A stretch of 64,000 nucleotides of DNA from Macrostomum lignano (Eukaryota): contig NIVC01001903.1 in NCBI GenBank assembly GCA_002269645.1, positions 1 through 64,000 of the forward strand, written 5' to 3'. The position numbers and the translations under genes were made by a program. Shown in pieces: positions 35,616 to 48,972 of this stretch (within the stretch, counting starts at the first letter, position 1; the number at the start of each line of letters is the position of its first letter). The notes under the pieces were generated by a model. The model saw only the letters and a list, made by a program, of their open reading frames with translations. It made no database searches and was not told the origin of the DNA.

Positions 35616-36859
35616 AGCAGCAGCTTCTGGCTGTCCTACCTGCTGGTGGCTGGTGAAGACTTTACTAATCTGATGCACGGCCTGGAATGACAGCCTTTGG
35701 ATGGTGAGCTGAAATTTCTGGACTGTGGCGCAACCCACTGGGACAACCCAGTCCTAGGAGGGACACTGGCCCCTCCTACCCAGTTCCCAGTCACCTACAT
35801 GTACACAAACGAGACCTTCATTATGCCGTTCTTCCTGACGCCGCTGAGTCTAAAGTTTCACTTCGTCGACGCATCAGAAGAAACAACTGTTGACTCCGTG
35901 CTAGTCTGTCCCAAATGGTTGGATGGTGTCATTGCACAGCTGCTGGTACCTGGTGGAAATCCGAGTTACCTGGACCGCTGCCAGCCAGTTCTGCTCCGAG
36001 CACACCTGGGGCGGCGTCAGGGGCCGCCTGTTGGACGCCAAGGCTGCCGTGGAACGCAGCTTCATCACGCCACCTTGAATGCAAAATGAACCAGAGTGTG
36101 AACAAAACCCCCGAAAGCTTGGCTCAGTAACGATCCAGTTATTCTAGTCTAGTATATCAGGGATATTTTGGGAAGTTCAATAAAAAGTCTATAATCGAAT
36201 TGATAGCAGATCAATAGGGATCTGAATATGAGCTATTATAAATGGATATGATGTAATTATGCCTGGTTTCCCAATCCAGGTACTCGTGTTGGGGCTCTTG
36301 GACAAAGGAATTCTAAGAGTTATTTATTTCTTTAGAAGTGCAAAAATCTTGTATTGAGAGAAAGTAAAAATGGCCTGCATAGGAAAAAATCGAAAGTTAC
36401 TTACAAAAAATTAAGTGATTCCGTTTTTTATTCCTTTTATTTTCAACCAATTCGTTTTATTTTGAAGCTAAAATTAGAAATCATATAAATTATGACAGCT
36501 ACCCGCATAGCTATGGAGAGGAGATTTATAAAAAATCGCTGAAATGCAATACAATCCTGCTAAATTAGTCACACCATGGAAATTTTAACATATTAAGTTT
36601 CACTGACGAGTCGTAAATGCACTTTGAAAGTTAAATCTCTCCAAAGATTTCTTTGGTTGTTAGACTGATGCAGACTGCAGTGGAGCTGGAGATACACAAA
36701 TTCCTTTCAGGGCTGCAAATTGGCAAGAAAGATGACATGATCAAAGCATGAGAACAGCCATGAGAGTACTACATACCCACAAACTGCAGCTTTCGAAGCA
36801 GGGATCGGTAGACTGTTACCTCAAAGGCCAGAAAAGAATCCAGCTCATGGATGCGGGCC

Positions 36860-37310
36860 AGATGAGAGTGGAAAGGAGAGGGAATAGATGATAATAAAAG
36901 AGAGAATCGAGAGGCGAGAGAGGTGATGTGAGAAAATATAGAAGATGAAAGGGGAGAAAAGGGGAGTGAGGAGAGAGGGGAGAGAGAAGCGAGAGGACAG
37001 GAGAAAGAGGAGACACAAAGGTAAAAATAGAAGTGAAGTGAGGAGAGAGGAGAGAAGAGGGGAGAGAGAATCGAGAGGACAGGGGAGAGAGGGGGAAGGG
37101 AGAGGGAGGAGAGAGGAGAGGACCGGGAGAGAGAAGAGAGGAGAGAAGAGAGGAGAGAGAAAAGGGGAGAGAGTAGACAGGAGAAGAGAGGAGAGAAGAG
37201 AGCGAAGAGAGATGAAAGGAGAGAAAAGGGGAGAGAAGAGAGGAAGAAAGGAAAGAGGAGAAAAAAGAGAGGTGAGAGAAAAGAGTTGAGATAAGAGGGG
37301 AGAGGAGATT
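36860..37310. repeat. Purine-rich (GA) low-complexity tract
   Basis: Almost exclusively G/A on the plus strand. Confidence 0.9.
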
Positions 37311-38257
37311 GCCAGCTGATTGGGGGGGGGGATGGGCAGCAATCTCTATCACTTCACCATTTTACTTAAGAGTTACAAATTAATCCCATCTCCTTACTTA
37401 AAAATATATTCAGTTAGATTACTGTCCTGATGCTGTAAGTGTTTGCATAGTCTTAGATTCTATTTTTTCTATTCTAGTCAAAAATATACTTTTTAAAACA
37501 AATTTTCTCTCAGTTTTGTTTACATGTATCAATCCTAACTAATAGCAAGTTTTTGTTTGATTATGATTTCAGATTGAAGAATGCATCGAAAAATATTTCC
37601 AGGGAATATAGCGGGTTCAAAATCCGCGGGTTTCAACAGCCTGTAACTATACTATAACTATTGTACGATGCCAAGTTATTGATGTATAGATACTACAGTG
37701 GTGGTCCTTGCTTTAAATTCCGTAGAGGACCTTTGGACTGCATATACAGAATTTTATGTACCATGACTACATGTTTTAAGGTGTTCATTACGTTTAGTTA
37801 TGATAAAAACACAGTACAGCTCGATATAAAAACTTCAAGAATTACATGTGACGGTACATGTGTATGCATCAAATAAGAGCTTTCGAAGCGCTGCATGAGA
37901 TGGATCACCTTATGTTGTACTAGTACATACACATGTACATTTAACATTTACATGTGGATACAGATATCTATATATTAATTTGGAAAGCACATAAATAATC
38001 AAAAAAGATTCATTTTACATATAACAGTATAATTATAAGATGTATCGACGATATACTTGTAAAGTATTCACTAGAGCCACAACTATTTATCAATTATAAC
38101 TAGCCAAGCTATGAATAGCGTTTTTATAATTAAGTCGGAATTTACTTTCTAAAAGTGCACATGCTACAGCTGGTAAATTTAGTACTGTATATCTGAATAA
38201 AAACTAAAGCGCTGAAAATATACGCGTAAAATATAGCTTTGACTGCTCGACCAATCA

Positions 38258-41200
38258 TTACACGGGACACTTGTAAACATTGAAGCAGTGATTTCCTGTG
38301 TCAACAACCCCACCAATTGGTTGGCTTTGGTGCAGTAAGCCAGGCCTTGAGGCCCATACAGCTGGTCTCCGGCTGTGTTCACTGAGGCCAAGAAGCTGCC
38401 TTCGCTGTTGAACACCTGCGGGTCAGTGAAAAGTCGCATTTATTTTATTTATTTTTAAATTGCCATTAAGCTACAGTACTAGTGGCAAGGCTATTGAAAT
38501 CTGCTCAGATGTCAGTGGTTCATATGAGGAAGTTCTCCAGACTGCTAGGTTTGAGGGGCCTAATTTCTTAGATGCCAAAGCTTCATGATAAACTGCTCAG
38601 ATGAAATGCCAAAGCTTCATGGTAAACTGCTCAGATGAAATGCCAAAGCTTCATGGTAAACTGCTCAGATGAGATGCCAAAGCTTCATGATAAACTGCTC
38701 AGATGAAATGCCAAAGCTTCATGGTAAACTGCTCAGATGAGATGCCAAAGCTTAATGGTAAACTGCTCAGATGAGATGCCAAAGCTTCATGGTAAACTGC
38801 TCAGATGAGATGCCAAAGCTTCATGGTAAACTGCTCAGATGAGATGCCAAAGCTTCATGGTAAAGTGCTCAGATGAGATGCCAAAGCTTCATGGTAAACT
38901 GCTCAGATGAGATGCCAAAGCTTCATGGTAAACTGCTCAGATGAGATGCCAAAGCTTAATGGTAAACTGCTCAGATGAGATGCCAAAGCTTCATGGTAAA
39001 GTGCTCAGATATTCTACAATACTTGATGCTGAACTGCTCAGATGCTAAGAATTGATGTTAAAGCAAGGCACGTGTAGGAGGTTCTCCTACGAGCAATAAA
39101 AACGTAATACGACTTTTTGGTAGTGAAAGTCTTACTGCAATGCTTGAACTTCATGCTCCCCAAAGGAGCTATAGTGTGCTAGGGTAAACTCATTCAACCT
39201 CTATAGCCTCTATTACAGCAAATTTACCTGGATAGACGAGCTGCCCCAGTCCGCCACCATGATGTTGTCCTGCAGGTCCACAGCCACCCCAGTCGGTGCG
39301 TTCAACCTGCCGGCCTCGCTGCCCGCGCAGCCGATGCAAAACTGAAATTGGCCCTGACTATCGAAAATCTTTACGCAATGATTGTGAAAATCCGACACAA
39401 TCATCTGGTCCTTGGAGTTGACGGCGACGTAGTGCGGACCAGCGAATTGGTCGTCGCCGGTGCCGCGGCTGCCGAACTTGTGCACCAGCTTGCCGGTGTG
39501 CTTGAACAGCAGCACGCTGCAGGCTTTGTTGTCGACAACGGCAATGCGACCGTCGGACAGCACCGCGATGCCTTTTGGGCCCGCGAGCCGGTTGCCGCCA
39601 AACTTTGACAGGTATTTACCGTCCGGACTGAACACGTGGATGCAGCGACTGTCGAAGTCGCTAACCAAGTAACTGCCCGTAGCTGTCTCGGCCACGCCAA
39701 TCGGCCTCTGAACCTGGCCGGGGTCGCGGCCGCGCAAGCCGAAACGGGCAAGAAATTCCCCTCCAGAGCCGAACACCTGCACGTTGGCGTTGTTTGAATC
39801 GGCAACGACTATGCGACCCTCTCGTGTGACGCACAGGCCCTGCGGATTGTTGAACTCTCCGTGGCCGCGACCGCGACTGCCAACCTTCTGCACCATGTCG
39901 TCTTCAACCTGGAGTTTTGAGATGAGTATTGGCTTAACTCATTCGACAAGACAATGCCTAATGTTTTTTAATCGTCACTTGTCGAATTTACATGTAGTAA
40001 ATGACAATCATCACTGACAAACATCATCATCACTGACAATGACAAACATTAGACAATCATCACCTAGAGCACTCTCTTTAATATCAAGCAACAATCATCA
40101 GCACATTGAGCACTCTCCTCAGCATCAAGCAACAATCATCACCTTGAGCACTCTCCTCAACATCGAGCAACAATCATCACCTTGAGCACTCTCTTTAGTA
40201 TCAAGCAACAATTGATGAGGACGCACTTTTTTCCAAACTTCACGCTCGCACATGGGCTCTAAACTTACTAGCCTACTAACAACAGGCTATGGGAATTTTT
40301 TCTTTTCTTTATGTAATTTTTCTAGAATTCATACTAGTTATTACTTGTCGTTATAATAACATAGGTGCGGCTTTTGGGTCATAAATCATTGCTTTCGAAC
40401 TGGCCTGACAGCCACCTGCGCCTCACTCAATTGAGATTGGCGCCAGATGGTCTGAGAGGATGCGGGCAGTAGCTTTTTTCTCATCATTTTTACAGGCCAT
40501 CAAGATTTATGAGGTCAGGGCCAGTTGTTCGTGTTTACTCAAGCGTGTGACAGCTTTGACAGCTATGCGTTTTACCCCTAAAAGTTCTTTGGGATTAGCG
40601 ATTAGCGATTTCTCTTCATTATCTTCACTTTCTACTTAATAAGAGCTTTCTAATGTATATTTTTTCATTAATTTTTGTCATTCCTACGTGAAAGGTCATA
40701 AATCATTATGTAGCGATTTTGAGTGATTTATGACCGCACCTGTCGTATTTTTATGGCCCCGAGGGAACTGATAGGATCTTCTAGTCACGTGAGTTTGGGT
40801 GGCGACAAGCTCAGCCAATCAGAAAATTTGACGTGCGTTATAACAAATCGGCTCAGCCAATCAGCGTCGAGGTGTTCCATTATAACAAATTGCGGTCCAG
40901 TTGGCGGCTATTTAAACCGGTGTTTTTGGCCCGCTCGGACTCAACCTACTGCTCCGCCTCCTGGGACTTTGGCCTAACTTAGACCTCCCGGAGCTCGACC
41001 GTCGTCTCTTGATCCCCGGATCGCGACTCCCCCCATCATCATCAAGGACGAATCCCCCCGGCCGTCAGCAGCGAACATCAAGATTAAGAACATCACCTGC
41101 TAGCTACCTGCGAAGGTTGTGACATCAGCATCATCCCAGGCCTACAGCTGCGAAGCACTAAGCCGATTAGGTCCCTGTGGATTACCTGGTCTCGGGCTGT

Positions 41201-44200
41201 TGAGTTTCTGATTGGTTGGGTGAGAGGCTACCTAGACTTTCTTGATTGGGTGATCCCTTATTTGTCTCCTATTTCAGTAGCTGGATTAGGCGCACACTTT
41301 TGCTCATTTTTTCAGCAGTGCTGTTTTTGAGGCAGAAATCATTCAATAATACTGTTAGTAGTCCGAAACTCCATTCAATCTGAAGTGTGAAGTGATTTAA
41401 GGAGAAGGTTAAATCTGACAGTTATTTTTATCGGTTTTATTTCTTTGTTCGCCGATGGCTCAGATGAGTAGCTAAGCTAGTAGGCGCCGGTCACAGTGGA
41501 CCAATGGCAAGTCAGTCCTCAGTCGATCAATCTATCAAATCAGTTAGCAAAATTGCCAATAGTGCAGAATCGGCGCCAGAGATGTACTCTGTGCACCCTA
41601 GATTCGCCAAGCGGCTCGGGTAATGAATCATGCGGTCTCTGGAGTTTGAGTTAGTCTATCATCAGCGCTACGAGAGGCTGGTTGGCCCGTTGAAGGCCAA
41701 AAGTACAATTCTTCGTATTTAGCAATGTAATAGTACATGTAGCTACCCAATAGTCTCGCCACTGCAAGAATCGCCTGCACAAGTCCCCTCTGTACCTGCA
41801 TGGCCAATGCGATCTAGTCCCAGCAGTGTCCCTTATCATCAGCTATGACTTCGAGATCGACAGCAAAAAGACACTAGTTGGCAGGTAAGTGCAAAGCCCC
41901 TTCTAGTCGGAAGCCCGATTTCGAGAGTTCCGGTGTGGTGAGCCAGGACGTACGGGCTGGTGGCAGCGAGTTAGCTTAGTCTGCGGATTAGCTAATTTCT
42001 ACCTTCAAAATTCTCCCTACTTGTCTCTCGCTGTCCCTCTCTTAGCTATAGGACCTAGACAGCTCGCCACAAGATCAAGCTACCATGGGGCTGACCATCT
42101 GACAGGAGTGGGGGGGCCAGGTCTCTAAGTGATTTGTTTCTGAGACCTGAGGCCCGAAGGCTTCCCCACAAGGGGGCCGAAAGGTCGAAACCTATCACAA
42201 TCATCATCACCTTGAGCACTCTCCTGAACATCAAGCAACAATCATCACCTTGAGCACTCTCCTGAACATCAAGCAACAATCATCACCTTGAGCACTCTCC
42301 TCAAAATCGAGCAACAATCATCACTTTGAGCGCACTCCTCAATCTTCGTGCACATTGGTTATCTTGTAAGTACTTTAAGAAAAACCGATAGTCATTAAAA
42401 ACAACTTAAGACTCGACAGGTCAGAAAGAAATAACGAAGCAATCAAGCTCTCACCTGAAGACTCTGCCGCGATGTTCGACTCAATGGTCGCCTATTGGTG
42501 CTGCTAAGTTTAGACGAAGACGCGGTGCCAGCGCCGGAACCGCCGCCGCCGGAGCCACCGCCGCCAACAGCTATCGAAGGAGGCATGAGGCGACCGGTGC
42601 CGCCACGTTCTCCTGGTCGGAGGGAGCTTCGTCTCCTGCCCGCAGCTCCGCCGCCAGAGCTTGCGTAGTGACCAGAGCCGCCGCCGCCACCGCTGGCTCC
42701 TCCGTCGGTTCGACTGACCGCCCGTACGGTGAATGGCGAGCCGCGAATGTGCTCGCCCAGCATCTTCACGCTCAGCTCAAAGTTGCCCTCCTCTTCTAGC
42801 TGGAAGCGCACCTTCACCGTGTTTCTATCCTGCATGACGGCGACAAAGTGGGATTTTTCAAACGGCGAGGCGAGGCTGGCGACGCAATTTAGCGAGCCGA
42901 GGATGCTGGGATCCACTTTGTGGTTGCGATAGTCGCGCGGCACCACCGTCACCTGGTGCTCCTCGCGGATGGAGCACGACCGCAGATCGTGCTCGTTTTC
43001 CAACGTCGAGTTCGAGGCCTCGACGCTGCCCATGGCAACTAGGCCGGCTCGATGAATATGGCTGAACACCTGACCAGGAGGGGAGAAGAAAGACGTCAGG
43101 TCTCCGAAGCTCCGAACCCATAAGCTCCAAGTTCCACCCTTCTGCGATTACGTACATATAAGAGCTCTGAGCTAGAAATACAGATTAGTAGCACTGATAT
43201 TGAAACTAGGGGCAGAGCAGCGCGTCGGTAAACGCGTCTCACTCTTGCGGCGTGACTCCTAGTTAGTTTCTGATCGCAGCCACACTTAATTCCGGGGCTT
43301 GTCGTGCGACTCAAACCGCCGATGAGGGTCAATCCACACTGTGTACGAGTACTCTGACTATGAGAAATCACACCACGAAATATAGTGCACCACATTGTTT
43401 TTTTGTCATTCTCCGTCCGGAGGCAGGAAAAAATCGTCAGTTTTTTTAAGGGGTTTTTGCAAGATCTGGCTTCCTACATGCACACTGCAATAAACTCTAG
43501 GAGCTAGATTTTCGAGTCCCTGGGGTGCAAATTGCCAAATCTCATTGGGGGAATCTCGTCGGAAGAATCTCGTCGGGAAAATATCTTCCCGGGAATCTCG
43601 TCGGAAGAATCTCGTCGGGAAAATATCTTCCCGGGAATCTCGTCGGAAGAATCTCGTCGGGAAAATATCTTCCCGGGAATCTCGTCGGAAGAATCTCGTC
43701 GGGAAAATATCTTCCCGGAATCTCGTCGGAAGAATCTCGTCGGGAAAATATCTTCCCGGGAATCTCATCGGAAGAATCTCGTCGGGAAAATATCTTCCCG
43801 GGAATCTCATCGGAAGAATCTCGTCGGGAAAATATCTTCCCGGGAATCTCATCGGAAGAATCTCGTCGGGAAAATATCTTCCCGGGAATCTCATCGGAAG
43901 AATCTCGTCGGGAGAATCTCGTCGGGGAATCTCGTCAGGAAGAATCTCACCTGGTCCAAATCGGTTGGATAGTACGAGATCGAGTCGTCCTCGCTCGGAT
44001 ATGCTTTCGGCTTATTCTTTGCTAGCTTGGCGTAGCCTCGAAGTTCCGCCCGGCCCGTCTTTGGATCCAACCGGCCGTTCATGCCGTCCAGACGCTTCAG
44101 CGCGGCCGTCATCTCGTCATCGAAGCCGGCAATCTGAGCTGCCTCTTTGTGCGCCGCTTCCGTTCGCGCTGTCAACAGTTCGTCCAGAGTCTCGCCTAAT

Positions 44201-44499
44201 CGAGCTTTCCTCGTCCTCAGCACCCGTTCGATCATTTGGAAGCTGCGCTCGATTTGATCCAACACTTCGCGGCGTTGAACCTCGGCTGCGGCGCGGATTC
44301 TGTCGAGCGCGTCGCGACGATTCCGCAGCGCCTCTAGCGAGTCGGCCAGGGCGGCGCGCGACTCAGCGATGGCTTCAGCGTCGCCGCCAGTAGCTTCAGA
44401 CGCCGTGGCATCGTCGGTGCAGGAGCCGGCGACGCTGCTGGTGGTCTCTTCGAAGCTCGGCTGACTCGTCAAGTCGTCGTGCGTCTGGTCGTGTTCCAT
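38258..44499 (-). CDS. TRIM2: TRIM2/TRIM3-like protein (coiled-coil, filamin, NHL propeller); exons 44499-43951, 43069-42455, 39908-39228, 38415-38258
   Basis: VEDDMVQKVGSRGRGHGEFNNPQG, NHL repeats, VFNSEGSFLASVNTAGDQLYGPQGLA. All junctions are GT-AG, phase 0. One 1-nt loss in a G run at about 38310; corrected end is VGVVDTGNHCFNVYKCPV*. RING and B-box not seen; true start uncertain. Confidence 0.85.
38570..39010. repeat. 34-bp minisatellite, about 13 copies, TRIM intron 3
   Basis: Unit atgagatgccaaagcttcatggtaaactgctcag. Confidence 0.95.
40040..42335. repeat. 38-bp minisatellite in TRIM intron 2, split by a 2-kb insertion
   Basis: Unit caacaatcatcaccttgagcactctcctcaacatcgag at about 40040-40212 and 42198-42335. 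Confidence 0.85.
40213..42197 (+). mobile_element. 1985-bp insertion, probably a long solo LTR
   Basis: TGATGAGG...CCTATCA termini, 4-bp TSD CAAT (40209-40212, 42198-42201), two CCAAT boxes and TATTTAAA at about 40815-40917, no long ORF. Confidence 0.7.
43545..43950. repeat. 42-bp minisatellite (14-bp subunits), about 9 copies, starting at the TRIM intron 1 donor
   Basis: Unit gggaatctcgtcggaagaatctcgtcgggaaaatatcttccc. Confidence 0.95.
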
Positions 44500-45519
44500 G
44501 TTGACCTCCGGAGACGGCTGCTTGCGAGTAGAGCTGATTGTCAGGGAGGCGAGCACAGCTGCTAGGATTGGCTGCGGTTCTGACCTACTCTATGGAACAC
44601 GTATCTATAGACTGTCCGGAGATCTCAGTTGATTGTCTCTAGATTCTTATCTATACATATAGCTGTGTCTAATAAACTGTCTTTAGAGATTCAAGCTATC
44701 TGTATGCCCTGTAGGCTGTCTCTAGATACATGTATGCCTATAGAATGCCTCTAGATATGTCAGCGGACTGACTGGCTTACGTAGTTCAGAGAAAACGGCA
44801 CAGTGTTGGCTACAATAAACTCTCCCTGTCTCTCCAGGCTTGCATAAACAGGAAGTTAAAAGCAAGAGACTAACTTTGTAACCGGCAAGTTAGCTTAACG
44901 CTAGATATTTAGTTCAACAGATTAAACACACACAAAGTTTCTAAAAGTAAAGCAAGTTTAACTGATTAGACTTACAATATGAGCAATACTGTAGAGAATA
45001 GCTGAGAAGATATTCAAAGAAACAAACTCAACCTTGATTTCTACCGGTAAGAAAGTTTTTAGTCTTACTATTATTAATGCCTTCTCACGCCTCTCGGTCA
45101 GTTTGAATCCCCGTTTCCTTATTGGTTGTCGTCAAAGTTTATTGCGAACTGAGTTGGCCGTGACTTCTTTCGGCTAAGCCGGCTTTGAGGGCTCCAGATG
45201 TTTGAGCTATGCTCAACAATATTCTGTGCATGTAGTTTGTAAGCATGGCTTGCCTAATTGCGCTTTTCTGCTTTGGAAAAGGAAGAGAGAAATTTACTTA
45301 TTTTTGGTTTCCAGTGGCACTATAAAGTAAATATACTGCATATGCCTGTGTTGCTCTCGATCCCCTCAGTTTCATTTTTGGCTATAAAAATGTTATGACA
45401 CCGTCTTTTCAAACATGTAACAATCGAAAATACGCAATGAACGTGCAAAAAATTAATTAAATGTACGATAAGTACCATGTATATATATTTGCAGTTGAGA
45501 TTTACAGGTTGTCTTTGAG

Positions 45520-46005
45520 ATGGATAGACTGTCCTTGAGGTGGTTAGACTGTCCTTGGGGTGGTTAGACTGTCCTTGATGTGGATAGACTGTCCTTGGAG
45601 TGCTTAGACTGTCCTTGATGTGGATAGACTGTCCTTGATGTGGATAGACTGTCCTTGATGTGGATAGACTGTCCTTGATGTGGTTAGACTGTCCTTGATG
45701 TGGATAGACTGTCCTTGATGTGGATAGACTGTCCTTGATGTGGATAGACTGCCCTTGATGTGGATAGACTGTCCTTGATGTGGTTAGACTGTCCTTGATG
45801 TGGATAGACTGTCCTTGATGTGGATAGACTGTCCTTGATGTGGATAGACTGTCCTTGGGGTGGTTAGACTGTCCTTGATGTGGATAGACTGTCCTTGATG
45901 TGGATAGACTGTCCTTGGGGTGGTTAGACTGCCCTTGATGTGGATAGACTGTCCTTGATGTGGATAGACTGTCCTTGGGGTGGTTAGACTGCCCTTGATG
46001 TGGAC
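45520..46005. repeat. 20-bp minisatellite, about 24 copies
   Basis: Unit tagactgtccttgatgtgga. Confidence 0.95.
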
Positions 46006-46799
46006 ATGCTTGTCTTTAAGTGCTAGACACTCTTAAGGCCTAGGTGGACACACACATTGTTTTAGAAGTTCAGGGCACAGGACACACTTTCTTAGAGCCA
46101 AGCGGACATACTTGTACATGTACTGTACTAGCATAGAAGTGGATATTATATAGTGGATAGCCTATCTGGTGGGTACAAAGTCAACTTGCCCTTTGTCTCA
46201 TCGTATCCAGAATTGCTTAGATAATAAAAAATTCCTAGGTTCCGCAAAAGGAATTATGCTAATTTGATGCTAGCGTAAAACTGCAGTCAATTCTGAATTG
46301 CTTTTCAAAGCAGACTGCAGAGTTGCCGCGCACGTGAAACTGTTTTCAATTTTGTGACGCAAATTCGTATGGATGAGTACCGCGCGCACCCGGATTTTGA
46401 CAGCGCGTGACTTGCATGACAAAAATCCAATGCTATATTAATTCGTGAACTTTGAGTCGGCTTTATATATATACTTTTATATACATGTAATTTTATCGAA
46501 TAAAGAATTTGTTGTGTGCATGCACAGTACACATGGGCGTCGCCACGGATTTTATGGTGGGGGGACAAAGCAAAGAATTTATTTTGTGCATGCACATGAC
46601 TATTAAAGTCATACATGTACTTATTTTATGAATCGGTTTTGTCCGCGCTCATTTTAGCGCCGCCGGCACTCATTTTGGTGTCACAGGTGCTATATTTTTA
46701 GCGCCTTGATACAAAATTATTGCTTTCCACAACGGGTCAAAACTAAGGTTGAGTGGGGGAAAGCAGTCATGTCCCCTGGCAAGGGTGATCTCGCTCCTC

Positions 46800-47630
46800 T
46801 CAACCATGCAGCCAGCTTGATGTGGATCTGGATCGAGCAAATGACTTGTCGCCACTGTTTTGTGCTCCACCCCATTTGCCTTGCTCCCCATTTCTGTGTA
46901 ATGCTGTTGAAGTTTTTGTTTGTCTCGGTGTTTTCTCGACCGGTGTCGTCTTGAGGTGGCTTGACAGGTTTTCCATAATCCAACCGCTGCCACCAATGTT
47001 GTACCTGTGGTTGTCAGGTTGTGCTACCACAGAGATCTTGGGTTGTCTCAGGCTCTCTCTCTTGCTAGGAGCCTACTTATCAGTAGCGTTGGTAGTTGCT
47101 GCCACCAGTCCCTTCGGGTCTCAGCCTTCGGTGAGGTGAGGATCCCGTCGGAACGAAATAACAAAGACGAGCGAACACTCGTCTGGGAGAACGGTGCTAC
47201 GCTCTCCCATGCTCTGAATAATTCATCCATGGCGAGACCCCGATTTCGTCGACGTCAGATTGCATGACGCTATTGGTATTTTTAGCAACTGACGCTAGGG
47301 TCTTGCTTTAGAGAAAGCAAGGGTCCCGGAGCGCGTGATTTCTGCCATAAACACGGACCTATTGTGCAGTGAAGAACTCACTGCACTCTGGACTTCCGAG
47401 AAAACAGAGCTTGTCATGTGACTGGCTCACATGACAAGAGGAAAGCGGCCCACAGTGAAGCCACTACATGTAGTGACTGCTACACAGAGAGTGAACCAAG
47501 AGCAGGTCAAGTCGCCCAGCCCTGCAAAAAGGAGCATCGTCGCGGGGCGGCTCAGAGCGAGGGCGAGGGAAACTGCTGACTAGAGTGAGAGACGTAATTG
47601 CCAATGCAGTAATCCTAGTGGCTCACTACA
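46800..47630 (-). mobile_element. Truncated Gypsy element related to the 323-17181 family: 5' LTR 46997-47630, tRNA-Leu PBS 46977-46995, short leader
   Basis: TGTAGTGA start; shared blocks with LTR1-3 (gcagtagcgt.ggtag..gctgccaccag..ccttc.ggtctc.gccttcg.tgaggtgag); PBS TGGTGGCAGCGGTTGGATT. Confidence 0.85.
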
Positions 47631-48058
47631 CTATATAATAACTTCAAGACGGACAAATAACCATTCTCTTGTGAGCCTCTAAAGTACTGTATTTATAAAG
47701 TAAGCTCGTTGCACTCGTATAGTGCATCCAAGTATACATGTAAATAAATTACTATAATTCTATCACTTTGAATCTGGGCATCCATAGGACACGCGCGTGC
47801 ATAACCCATGCCATTATGGCTGAGCTATATGCAAGTTTCCTTACCGGATAAAATGTAGATGCGTAACAACTAAAATGTATATACTCTCGAATCATCGATG
47901 AGCACACAGTTATATTTTTTTAGGCTGAGTCGCATTTTAGCGAGTGCCGACTCAGTGCAGATACTACATGTACTTAAAGGGGCATTAGACGGTCTAATCT
48001 GGGGGGGGGGGAACTTGAAGGCTTGCATATTTATCATTTTTGTGTTCTTCTATTCTAT

Positions 48059-48972
<914 letters not shown>

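Noticed and set aside
36816-37352. Leu/Ser-rich or Arg/Glu-rich ORFs in the GA tract
   Set aside because: Low-complexity polypurine sequence with no splice or codon support.
42130-42197. Hammerhead ribozyme (GGCC-GAAA-GGTC-GAAAC)
   Set aside because: Stem II and GAAAC are present, but there is no CUGANGA core at the required position and no stem I/III partner.
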